From positions 104,689-168,688 of IMG/VR virus record IMGVR_UViG_3300036761_001135: a stretch of DNA of 64,000 bases, one strand, 5' to 3'. The notes beneath the pieces were generated by a model that saw nothing but the letters and a program-made list of their open reading frames with translations, had not been told where the DNA came from and did not search any database. The translations under genes and the position numbers were made by a program. Source of the DNA: a virus. Of this stretch, positions 56,179-64,000 are shown one piece after another (position 1 is the stretch's first letter; every line of letters starts with the position of its first letter).

Positions 56179-56547
56179 ATGCCGAAGAAGCTTCCACCCA
56201 ACCCAGACGAACTTCCAGCCCTGCAACATGTGAAAAGCTCGAACGTCTTTGCTATTGGGTACAGCATTCGTGATCGCAAGCTGTTCGTGCAATTCCGTGC
56301 GGCCGGATCGGAGCGACCAGTACCAGGCGCAATCTACCGTTACGATGACGTCCCGATCACGGTGTGGAGGCGGTTCAAGGATGCCAAAAGCAAGGGGCAC
56401 TTCCTGGCCGCGCACATCAAGGGCACCTACTGGTACATGCGCTGGACGGGACGCACCTGGCGTCCTGAGACCGCCCTGCGGTTCGACTCGAAGAAGAAAA
56501 AGAGGCTGAAGCAATTAGCGAAAAAGCTGCGCGACGCGACAAGTTGA
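56179..56547 (+). CDS. KTSC domain protein
   Basis: VKSSNV.AIGY..L.VQF..Y.Y.DVP..F..A.SKG.F..HIK. Confidence 0.9.
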   Translation: MPKKLPPNPDELPALQHVKSSNVFAIGYSIRDRKLFVQFRAAGSERPVPGAIYRYDDVPITVWRRFKDAKSKGHFLAAHIKGTYWYMRWTGRTWRPETALRFDSKKKKRLKQLAKKLRDATS

Positions 56548-56571
56548 CAAACGGCTCCTAATGGGTAGGAT
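56544..56571 (+). promoter_or_regulatory. sigma70-type promoter
   Basis: TTGACA-16-TAGGAT, immediately followed by a palindrome copy. Confidence 0.75.
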
Positions 56572-56572
56572 G

Positions 56573-56586
56573 CGAACCTGAGTTCG
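56573..56586. repeat. Dispersed palindrome copy 14
   Basis: CGAACCTGAGTTCG over a predicted transcription start. Confidence 0.85.
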
Positions 56587-56598
56587 CGTGGAGACATT

Positions 56599-56817
56599 AT
56601 GGACATCTGGATCGTGACATCGGCGGCGACGGAGGAAGACAAGTACGGTAAGATCTTGTCGGTGCAGGCTCGGTGTTTCGGGGTGTTCACGACGCTTGAA
56701 GAGGCGGACGGGGTGGCGGCTCGGCACCATGGGCACGTTACACCAATGGTCACAGACCAGGACGAGATGGTGCGCCTGGAGCGCTGGGTAAATCCTGGTT
56801 TTGCTACGCAAGGCTAA
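56599..56817 (+). CDS. Hypothetical protein
   Basis: GGAG RBS. Confidence 0.7.
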   Translation: MDIWIVTSAATEEDKYGKILSVQARCFGVFTTLEEADGVAARHHGHVTPMVTDQDEMVRLERWVNPGFATQG

Positions 56818-56822
56818 AGGCG

Positions 56823-57029
56823 GTGCGACCCATGGGACTCCTAGAAGCCTTTGGATTGGCGGAGGAAGTCGGGTCGCGGGCGTTGACGTTTGACGATCTG
56901 TTGTTTATGGCGGACGCACGCAAGCGCAAGGGCTGCAAGACGGTCCAGCGCCAGTTGAAGGCAGAAGAGATCCAGCGCGTGCTGGAGTTGGGCCGCAAGT
57001 GCGCGGCGTATAAGGAGATGACTCGATGA
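56823..57029 (+). CDS. Hypothetical protein
   Basis: Fills the operon; ATGA coupling to groES. Confidence 0.6.
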   Translation: MRPMGLLEAFGLAEEVGSRALTFDDLLFMADARKRKGCKTVQRQLKAEEIQRVLELGRKCAAYKEMTR

Positions 57030-57295
57030 AACCAGTTGCTATGCTCGGTTCCTACATCTTGACCCAGAGGGACAAGCCCGAGGAGAAGCGCAGTCCAGGA
57101 GGGATCGTCATGCCTGCGCAGGCGTCGGCCAACCCGACTTGGGCGAACGTCTTGGCGGTTGGTGACGCGGTAGGAACCAAGGTCATGGTCGGAGACCGAA
57201 TCCTAGTGAGCAAGTTTGCGGGTGCGGACGTCATGGTTGGCGAGGAGCAGTGCTTCGTCGTGCGCCTGGACGATGTGTACGGAGTCCAACGCTAG
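57026..57295 (+). CDS. groS: Co-chaperonin GroES (Cpn10)
   Basis: EEK.SPGGIVMP..VLAVG..V.VGDRILVSKFAG.DV..DDV.G. Confidence 0.9.
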   Translation: MKPVAMLGSYILTQRDKPEEKRSPGGIVMPAQASANPTWANVLAVGDAVGTKVMVGDRILVSKFAGADVMVGEEQCFVVRLDDVYGVQR

Positions 57296-57300
57296 GCTGA

Positions 57301-57328
57301 TTGACAAATTTACTGTAGGCATTAAATT
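57301..57328 (+). promoter_or_regulatory. sigma70-type promoter
   Basis: TTGACA-16-TAAATT. Confidence 0.75.
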
Positions 57329-57370
57329 TGCCAGTGATGCCGGACGAGGATGTTCGGCGGGAGTGAGAAA

Positions 57371-57670
57371 ATGATCGACTACATGCACATCATCAATGGT
57401 TTCAAGGCGTCGCTCGCGTTGGAGTTCGAGCGGTTTGAGGATCAACAGCACCTCGATGGCTCTGACTTGGATCGCATGGCGGTCGTGAGCGCACAGATCA
57501 CGATTCTCAACAGCGTCCACTCGGCGATGCTCCATGCGGAGAACGTCGAGTTGGATCGTCAGTACCTCGCGCATCGGTCAGGGATCGCAGTTGCCGAAGC
57601 AATTCGGAGATTTGACGGCGAGGATGAGTCTGTCACTCAACCCATGGAAAGAGGTGGCGATCATGCGTAG
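57371..57670 (+). CDS. Hypothetical protein
   Basis: GGAG RBS. Confidence 0.7.
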   Translation: MIDYMHIINGFKASLALEFERFEDQQHLDGSDLDRMAVVSAQITILNSVHSAMLHAENVELDRQYLAHRSGIAVAEAIRRFDGEDESVTQPMERGGDHA

Positions 57671-58340
57671 GATTTTTTGGGCACTGGTGTTGATGGCTGG
57701 GTGCTCTGATCCGACAAGGGCATTCTCGGACGATCCCGACGAGTCGGCGACTGTGACCGTTTCGGAAAAGGAGACTGAAGCGACCCAGGATGAGACGGAC
57801 GAGACTGTTTCTGAGACGGCGGGGTCTGCTTCTGAGACGGGCTCTGGCTCGGGTAGCGCCACCGTCGATACGGGGTCGGCGACGGCGGAGACGGGGAGTG
57901 GAACAGTGGATTCGGATACGGTTCCTGACTGCTGGCTTTCGTGCATGTCGTTGAAGAGCGAGTGCCAGCTTGGGTCGGTGGTCATTGGTCGCTGCCCAAA
58001 TGCGGCATGGTGTTGCGAGCCAAAGGCTGTGGACACTGGGACAGTGTCAACGGACACGTCGCCTCCATGCTCTGGAACATGTTCCAACTGGAGCGGATGC
58101 GCGGGGGATTGGCACAAAATCCCTGGTTCCTGTCCTAACGGGAAGGCTTGCTGCGAAGAGGATTCCGATACGGGCAGCGCGACGGTAGACACGGATACGA
58201 ATCCTGAGCCATGCCCGCAGGGAGATCCAAAGTACATTTGTGAGCGGCGTGGCCTATGTACTACCTCGTATGGATACGAGGACACAGACTACTATTGTAC
58301 AGATCCTGTTAATTGGGCATGTTGTCGTAAACTCTACTGA
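57663..58340 (+). CDS. Lipoprotein with Ser/Thr/Asp linkers and three 6-Cys repeats
   Basis: MRRIFWALVLMAG-C lipobox; GAGGTG RBS; three C..C..C..C..CC units. Confidence 0.8.
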   Translation: MRRIFWALVLMAGCSDPTRAFSDDPDESATVTVSEKETEATQDETDETVSETAGSASETGSGSGSATVDTGSATAETGSGTVDSDTVPDCWLSCMSLKSECQLGSVVIGRCPNAAWCCEPKAVDTGTVSTDTSPPCSGTCSNWSGCAGDWHKIPGSCPNGKACCEEDSDTGSATVDTDTNPEPCPQGDPKYICERRGLCTTSYGYEDTDYYCTDPVNWACCRKLY

Positions 58341-58368
58341 TTCCGAATGCGATGTTCGGGAGGTTGCC

Positions 58369-58491
58369 ATGTTGAAGACGCAAGAAGACGAACGATTGGA
58401 GAGAGAATCAGCGATTGCATATCGCCTATCCTGGGCTGCATCCTTTGGGATGATTTTGATAGCAATATTTGCAAGGTGTTGCGAGGCATAG
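58369..58491 (+). CDS. Small membrane peptide
   Basis: GGAGG RBS; 40 aa with a TM segment. Confidence 0.45.
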   Translation: MLKTQEDERLERESAIAYRLSWAASFGMILIAIFARCCEA

Positions 58492-58492
58492 C

Positions 58493-58834
58493 ATGGGAAA
58501 AAAATTGACCAAGGACGAGTACCTTCAGAAGCGGGTATTCCCGCTGTTGGAGCGGGCGCATCAGCTCTGCGTTGAGCGTGAGATCGCGCTGTTCTTTACG
58601 GCGCGATGCAGCTCGGAAGGTGGGGTTGTAGGTATCGTGGCGTCGAACGAGGAGGGGGAAACGATTCCATTTGCGCGGGAGATGATTGCGTTGCGCCAGC
58701 ATCACGAGGTGGCATCCAGCGGCATCATGGATGCCATCCATGACGTGATCTTCAAGAAGATAAAAGAGGATCGTGAGGATTGCACGGGGGACTGCGCTGC
58801 GTGCGTAGCAGGGAAATCGGAGGTTGAGGCATGA
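58493..58834 (+). CDS. Hypothetical protein
   Basis: GAGG RBS; C-terminal C.GDC..C. Confidence 0.7.
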   Translation: MGKKLTKDEYLQKRVFPLLERAHQLCVEREIALFFTARCSSEGGVVGIVASNEEGETIPFAREMIALRQHHEVASSGIMDAIHDVIFKKIKEDREDCTGDCAACVAGKSEVEA

Positions 58835-59265
58835 GCCGTGAGTACCGGATCTGGGTGCGGGCCGATGTGGTGAACCGTGAGGATGCCCTGGACATCGAGG
58901 AGGCAGTTGGGGAGATTTGGCCGATGCAGGATGACCATGGCGACGATGGGATGCCTCCGAGGGGCACAGTGTATCGGGTGAGCTTATGTGGGGACGGTGC
59001 TCTGACTGGAGGTTTGACGCTTGATATGCTAGCCAGGCAGATCCAGAGGAAGATCTGGACGCGCGTTCAGAAGTACGTCGATGTGTCTGTGTCTGGTGTG
59101 TGCTTGGAGCCTGACGAGTATGTTGAGAGTTGTGTGTTGGATTTCGAGAGAGACCGGGATGCCAAGCTGTTGGACATGGAATGCTGTGATTGTGGGGATT
59201 GCGTCCCGTTTGGGTCTGAGGGAATACGGTGTGCGATATGCGAACTAGGAGGAATAGATGGATGA
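58831..59265 (+). CDS. Hypothetical protein
   Basis: ATGA coupling; C-terminal Cys cluster. Confidence 0.7.
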   Translation: MSREYRIWVRADVVNREDALDIEEAVGEIWPMQDDHGDDGMPPRGTVYRVSLCGDGALTGGLTLDMLARQIQRKIWTRVQKYVDVSVSGVCLEPDEYVESCVLDFERDRDAKLLDMECCDCGDCVPFGSEGIRCAICELGGIDG

Positions 59266-59563
59266 TCATGCGGCATATGGGAAGTGTTCGGGGTGTAGGA
59301 AATGGGTGCTGCGGGATGAGGTTCTGAGCATCCATACAGATATTTACGATGCGAGCAATCGAAGGCGGGTGATCCGGCAGAGGTACTGCCTGCCATGTTT
59401 CGAGTCGGAGGTGAAGCGGTTGGAAGGCAGAGAGTGGGACCACATGGTCGTTGGAGGGCATATCTTGGCTCCTATGCCAGATGGATCTATGCCTTCGGAT
59501 GAAGAGATACGGGATCGCATGCGTGCCGGTGGAGCGGTTGACAAACGATCTGGTAACGAATAG
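59258..59563 (+). CDS. Zn-finger hypothetical protein
   Basis: CSGC..CLPC; AGGAGG RBS. Confidence 0.7.
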   Translation: MDDHAAYGKCSGCRKWVLRDEVLSIHTDIYDASNRRRVIRQRYCLPCFESEVKRLEGREWDHMVVGGHILAPMPDGSMPSDEEIRDRMRAGGAVDKRSGNE

Positions 59564-59566
59564 GGT
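59538..59566 (+). promoter_or_regulatory. sigma70-type promoter
   Basis: TTGACA-17-TAGGGT. Confidence 0.6.
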
Positions 59567-59612
59567 GCGGTGTTCAAGATCGTTCGCAAGATGCGAGCGC
59601 AAGGAGGGAGAG

Positions 59613-59999
59613 ATGAGGCAGCCAAAGGTGACTGGTTACGACGGAAGGCACGACAAGTTTATACCCGACGACCATGGCGGCGGCACGGTAGAGTGGCAGC
59701 CGGGGGACGGCACGCGTTACCTGATTGTGGCCAAGGTGCTGGACGAGGCTGAAGCGCGGATACACGGGGCGATTCCTGGGTCTAGGATCGTGTCTGTGGG
59801 TCCGGGCGGGGCCTGGTGGCTGACGATGATCGTGATCCCTTGGGCGTGCCATCACATAAGCTATGTGGCGGAGTATGCCCGTGATCGGAAGATGAGCGAC
59901 TACACGCTGTTGGCATGTACGGCGTTGATGAACCTTGCATTGGGTGACGAGGCGTATGGTATCGAATTGTTTGAGGAGATGATAAAGGGGAGGGGATAA
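59613..59999 (+). CDS. Hypothetical protein (QPGDGTRY motif)
   Basis: AAGGAGG RBS. Confidence 0.75.
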   Translation: MRQPKVTGYDGRHDKFIPDDHGGGTVEWQPGDGTRYLIVAKVLDEAEARIHGAIPGSRIVSVGPGGAWWLTMIVIPWACHHISYVAEYARDRKMSDYTLLACTALMNLALGDEAYGIELFEEMIKGRG

Positions 60000-60008
60000 C
60001 GGAGGTAT

Positions 60009-60398
60009 GTGCGGATGAGTGCAAGTCTGCGTGAGATCCAGGCGTGTCCAGCAACGCGGCGCAGGGCGAGGTTCAAGGTGCAGTCCACGTCGAGTGCTGG
60101 AACGGAATACACGGTTGAGGTGTCGCTGACGGCTGGGCAGGTGACGTGTGATTGTCCTGGGTTTCGATTTCGGGGGACGTGCCATCACACGGAGTTCACC
60201 GAGGACAAGTGCGGCTGGGTGGAGGGTGGTGAAGGGGCTGAGGTTCAGACCAAGGAACAATGTTCTGGGTGTATTTGTCCACGGTGTGGGAGTTCAACAA
60301 TCCTCATTGCTGGGGCTTCCTGCATAGAAGACGATAGCGAGGCCGCGTTGCGGTCGCGTGGAGTGCGGGTGCCCCCCCCACCTCGGTCTAATCGCTGA
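60009..60398 (+). CDS. SWIM zinc-finger protein
   Basis: Y.V..VTCDCPGF.FRG.C.H; CPRCG. Confidence 0.8.
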   Translation: MRMSASLREIQACPATRRRARFKVQSTSSAGTEYTVEVSLTAGQVTCDCPGFRFRGTCHHTEFTEDKCGWVEGGEGAEVQTKEQCSGCICPRCGSSTILIAGASCIEDDSEAALRSRGVRVPPPPRSNR

Positions 60399-60428
60399 TG
60401 TGATATAGTCCGGTTGAAGGAGGAAAAA

Positions 60429-61238
60429 ATGCTGAAGACGATGTGTGTTTTGTTGATTGTGTCATTGGTGCCGATGTCGGTGTGGCCTACGAATGCGGTA
60501 ACGAATGTTGTGGTTGACGTGTCGGTCCAGGAGCAGGCGAGAGTGGAGTCGCAAGCAGATGTGGATGAGGCTGGGGATTTGGCAAAAATGGCTGAGGAGG
60601 ACGGTCTCATTGATGACGTGTCGAGGGGTATTGTGCGTGTGATCGAGGCGGAGAAATGTGCGTGGTACGAGTGCGGCACCATGACGCCTCCAGAGGAGTA
60701 CATGGAGCGCGCTAGACGCATCGCTCAGGCGACTAGGACGGCCTTGTTAGAGAACGGGCTGAGCCATGCCTACTATCTTTGGGGAGCTGTTGGGATTATC
60801 ATGCAGGAGTCGCGTGGGAACCCGTGCCCATTCGGACCGTATTCGCGTCAGTGGGCCATTGATAAGAAGCTGGTGAAGAGCAAGCACATGGTCTATTGGA
60901 ACACGGACGATGCCTTGCGTGTGATGCATTCCATGTTGTCGGGAAAGACCAAGCGGCGCGGGGTTGACTCTGGTGTCGGGCAGACGATTTGGCCGCGAAA
61001 TTCAAAGATTCGAGAGGAAACAGGCCAGGTGCGCACAGCGACGCCGGAGGAGATGGTGACGGTGGAGGGCGGCGCGCGGGCGTTAGCGTATCACATGCAG
61101 CAGAATGCGCAGTTGAGTCCGACTCGTCCGTGGGCGTACTGGCCTGGGGCGAAGGACGAATTGTATGGAGCGAAGATCGAGTGGTGGGTGCAGCGGATGC
61201 GTGGACCCAAGCTTGGATCGAAGGCGCATTGGCAATGA
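60429..61238 (+). CDS. Secreted lytic-transglycosylase (SLT)-like protein
   Basis: Signal peptide; GIIMQESRGNP (catalytic ES) and DSGVGQ motifs. Confidence 0.55.
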   Translation: MLKTMCVLLIVSLVPMSVWPTNAVTNVVVDVSVQEQARVESQADVDEAGDLAKMAEEDGLIDDVSRGIVRVIEAEKCAWYECGTMTPPEEYMERARRIAQATRTALLENGLSHAYYLWGAVGIIMQESRGNPCPFGPYSRQWAIDKKLVKSKHMVYWNTDDALRVMHSMLSGKTKRRGVDSGVGQTIWPRNSKIREETGQVRTATPEEMVTVEGGARALAYHMQQNAQLSPTRPWAYWPGAKDELYGAKIEWWVQRMRGPKLGSKAHWQ

Positions 61239-61750
61239 TGGATTTGAGGCGACAGATCGATTTCGATGTGGGTGTCATGGGGATGTACGGGTTTACGTGC
61301 AAATTCGGGATTGCAGGGCAGGACATTTACATGAAGGTGGCCTTGCACCAATCGGAACGTCGCCCGGAGCCCATGCTTTCCTACGTCGATGTGACCTTGT
61401 CGTCTCCGAAGGCGAAGGATGAAATTTTGGTTTCGCATCGCCAGACGCGAATCGAGACGTCGAAGACGGATGATGCGCGTGCGATGATCGAGCTGCTATG
61501 CCGACAGGCGAACGTGCTGTTGCAGAGCGGGACGTGGGATTGGGACGACCTGTGTGACTCATGGAGCGGGACTCGGTTTGATCCCTGTGGTCCGTGCGAA
61601 TTTCCAGATACATGTTCCATTGGGGGTACTATCGTGTCGTCTCCGCTGGACGCGGTAGCGCGTGTTTTGCGAGATCGGTTTCCTGTTTGGGGATCGAGAA
61701 TGATGCGTGTCGATATTGCGACCACCTCACCGGTCTTGGAAGACAGATGA
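61235..61750 (+). CDS. Stand-alone TSCPD-like domain (C-terminus of class II RNR)
   Basis: KFGIAG..IY..V..LLQSG..GTRFDP.G..SSPLD.VAR.L. Confidence 0.6.
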   Translation: MMDLRRQIDFDVGVMGMYGFTCKFGIAGQDIYMKVALHQSERRPEPMLSYVDVTLSSPKAKDEILVSHRQTRIETSKTDDARAMIELLCRQANVLLQSGTWDWDDLCDSWSGTRFDPCGPCEFPDTCSIGGTIVSSPLDAVARVLRDRFPVWGSRMMRVDIATTSPVLEDR

Positions 61751-61923
61751 TTGCGGTAGCGACATGGGTTATTGGGGTGTTTGTTGGGTGTTTTGTTGGC
61801 ATGTGGGTGCGCAGGGTGGATGTGCGGCAGTGGAAAGTCCGGGCGGTTGAGATGGCGAAAATCAACAACGCTCTAATGGATCGTGTTGAATTGCTGGAAA
61901 TAGAGATGCAAAAGGAGTCGTAG
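61747..61923 (+). CDS. Small membrane protein
   Basis: ATGA coupling; N-terminal TM. Confidence 0.6.
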   Translation: MIAVATWVIGVFVGCFVGMWVRRVDVRQWKVRAVEMAKINNALMDRVELLEIEMQKES

Positions 61924-62271
61924 ATGGAAGAGGAGAATGCTGTTTCGTTGTCTAGTGTCGTCGGTTCTGAAATTGAGTACACGCCGTTGTCCACCGATGC
62001 GGATCGGGTGTTGCAGTTGCCGGCGCGGATCGTCTGGGAGATCAGCACCATCCCGCATGTTGTGGAAGATCCGTTGCCGCTGTTTGTGGCTGTTAGCGAT
62101 TGGGCGCTTCTGTATCGTGTAGGAGAGTACCTTGCGGTGCGTGGGTTTTCAGACAAGGACCAGTTGTCTGAATTCTTGGCAGACATCTATCGCACGGCGG
62201 ATATCATCGCGGTGCTGTGCAAGGGCAGGCCGGTGAGATTCAATATGCGCGTGAGCGCGAGGATAGGGTGA
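61924..62271 (+). CDS. Hypothetical protein
   Basis: AAGGAG RBS. Confidence 0.65.
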   Translation: MEEENAVSLSSVVGSEIEYTPLSTDADRVLQLPARIVWEISTIPHVVEDPLPLFVAVSDWALLYRVGEYLAVRGFSDKDQLSEFLADIYRTADIIAVLCKGRPVRFNMRVSARIG

Positions 62272-62275
62272 TGAT

Positions 62276-63193
62276 ATGAGCAAGAACGGAAAGATCATAC
62301 AGTTCGACCGGAACAAGGCGGCGGGTCCGTGGCAACCTTTGATTCAGATTCCCCTCTCGGAGGAGGCGGTGCAGTCTGGTGTTGCGTCAGCCTTCCAGAA
62401 CCACAGGTTTCGGGTGTTTGTGAAGCAGACGGCCAGCTCGGGATTCATGATGCAGGGGCCGGATGGGCAGTCGCATCCGATGCCGATCCTGCACCTTATC
62501 ATCGCCGGGGTGAACGGGCGCAAGCCGGACTACGCTGAGATCCAGCGCATTAAGGCCGAGTTGGTCCACGAGGAAGCGGACGCGGTGGAGTTGTTCCCGG
62601 GCAAAGGGCGCGAGATCGATTCGCCGCAGACGCATATCTGGTGCTTGCCGCCTGGGTACGTCATGCCGGTGGGCCTTATCAAGGCTGCACCGCCAGATCC
62701 AAACGCGGAGTTGATCCCTGGGTCTTCTATCAAGCGGGAAGATTTGCTGTTCTACATCGTGGCGACGCAGGCGGAAGGCGCGGATCAGGTTGTCGAGGTG
62801 TTCGCCAGCGAGGATGACGCCAAGGCGTGCTACGACGTGGCTGGGAGCGAGTTCCTGCCTGGGCAATACGCCATGTACGGGCGGGTGCCGACAGAGGACG
62901 AGGGAGCGGCGTGGAGCCCTTCGGCGGTCGAGCGGCGGAACACCATCCAGGCGCGCATCGAGGCAGCGGGTGCGGCCATGGCGGAGCGGCACAGGGCTGG
63001 GAAGACACCGACAGAAGAGGAGATGCGTGCTGGGTTCGAGCGTAAGGGTATCGAAAGGTTGGAGGCCATTTCCGAGGCAGAGCGCATCGCGGACGAGGAT
63101 GGGGACGATGCTGCAAAGGCGTCATTGGCTGAATTGAGGGAGGAGCTAGTCCGGCGTGGGCGCATTGGAAAATCGGATGGAGAAGCTGAGTAA
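62276..63193 (+). CDS. Phage protein with HL.I..Q.IK.EL..AVE.FP..HIW domain
   Basis: Recurrent phage domain of unknown function; 305 aa. Confidence 0.75.
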   Translation: MSKNGKIIQFDRNKAAGPWQPLIQIPLSEEAVQSGVASAFQNHRFRVFVKQTASSGFMMQGPDGQSHPMPILHLIIAGVNGRKPDYAEIQRIKAELVHEEADAVELFPGKGREIDSPQTHIWCLPPGYVMPVGLIKAAPPDPNAELIPGSSIKREDLLFYIVATQAEGADQVVEVFASEDDAKACYDVAGSEFLPGQYAMYGRVPTEDEGAAWSPSAVERRNTIQARIEAAGAAMAERHRAGKTPTEEEMRAGFERKGIERLEAISEAERIADEDGDDAAKASLAELREELVRRGRIGKSDGEAE

Positions 63194-63578
63194 AGCCGAT
63201 CTGGCGTCCATCGATCTGTGGACTGCCTGTCCGATGACGTTCCATGCGGGGATGGGGGAGTTCATTATCATCCCGCGCTACACTCCATGTCACAAGCCTA
63301 AATATACTGAGAAGATGCGCAGTGAACTGAACGCTTTGACGCGTGGTCAGGCGTATCCGCTGGACGAGGGTGATTTCCTGGTGTTCGTCGATCTTGTGGG
63401 TCTGCGGCGCACCATTCGTCGGTCGAATCTCTACACGAGGAGCCAATACGATGATTCCAGGGAGAAAGATCGCGCTGCCTTGGGAGTATTGCGAGCGAAG
63501 TCCCGGAGGGCTGTGGGTGAAGGCGGAGAGGAGGTTGGATGCGATAGCCCTGTGGTGGCAGCCGAGGACGGTGACTAG
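63177..63578 (+). CDS. Hypothetical protein
   Basis: Overlaps the upstream stop. Confidence 0.6.
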   Translation: MEKLSKADLASIDLWTACPMTFHAGMGEFIIIPRYTPCHKPKYTEKMRSELNALTRGQAYPLDEGDFLVFVDLVGLRRTIRRSNLYTRSQYDDSREKDRAALGVLRAKSRRAVGEGGEEVGCDSPVVAAEDGD

Positions 63579-64000
63579 CGCGGGCAGGGTGCAGACGCTC
63601 GATGCCGATGGCAGGGTGACGTCGGATGTTCCGTTAGCCCGGGTGAAGTGGGCCGATCCGTGGGTGTCGGCGGGCGAGGTGCCACTGGACGACGCCTTTG
63701 TAGAGTGGACAGGTGTTCAGCGCTTTGATGCGTGTGTTTATGGCACCATGCGCCATCTGTCTGGTCTCTTGGCGTGTGGCTTTGGAGACACTCCAGAGGA
63801 GGTCGTCGGGTGGTTTGGAGACATGGGTGCGTTGCAGTGGATCGTTGAAGGCGTGTTGTACAGAATTGAAGGAGGCGATGAGTTCGATGGGATCGATGGG
63901 TCTGTTGGAAAGATGGAATTCGATGAGGATAATGTACCTGTTTTAAATGTTGGAGTGGGGTCCGTAACGTATCCAATACGACTAGACACAGGCGACCTAC
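63571..64000 (+). CDS. Hypothetical protein, 3'-truncated by the window
   Basis: GAGG RBS, GTG at 63571, frame open to the end of the window. Confidence 0.6.
   Translation, partial: MTSAGRVQTLDADGRVTSDVPLARVKWADPWVSAGEVPLDDAFVEWTGVQRFDACVYGTMRHLSGLLACGFGDTPEEVVGWFGDMGALQWIVEGVLYRIEGGDEFDGIDGSVGKMEFDEDNVPVLNVGVGSVTYPIRLDTGDL

Noticed and set aside
3562-56586. Palindrome copies as CRISPR repeats, terminators or tRNA T-arms
   Set aside because: Copies are kilobases apart with no spacer periodicity, have no U-tracts, and no cloverleaf surrounds the GGTTCG
1-64000. Alternative genetic code / stop-codon reassignment
   Set aside because: Standard-code ORFs tile the window densely, and TAG, TGA and TAA all end genes directly before the next RBS or start

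Overview
This window is 64 kb of a large, GC-rich (roughly 60% by eye) contractile-tailed bacteriophage, probably a jumbo phage. Almost every gene is on the + strand. 1-32.7 kb: virion and tail module with modular tail fibres (one ending in a Peptidase_S74 chaperone), a baseplate-like protein, a CIS-tube-like protein, paralogue sets, a putative holin, two permuted-papain amidases and an overlapping membrane-protein pair. A tnpA-less IS200/IS605 tnpB element interrupts it at 5362-6687. 33-43 kb: an array of unrelated cargo proteins (zincin metallopeptidase, ART-like protein, small conserved domains) that share a short peptide tag, MRxLIxxLEE. The tag also occurs inside fused ORFs, sometimes behind its own RBS. 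I infer it is a capsid-targeting/protease-cleavage signal, and it is the best candidate for a new system here. speD sits inside this array. 43-64 kb: early/accessory region with a family of sigma70-type promoters (GTTGACAAACG), BRO and Ant antirepressors, a Dam-type methylase, and SWIM, J-domain, KTSC, GroES, SLT-like and TSCPD-like proteins, plus a Cys-rich lipoprotein. A 14-bp palindrome, CGAAC-YYRR-GTTCG, occurs 14 times across the window, mostly between genes and next to promoters. All family assignments come from motif recognition by eye; no database searches were run.
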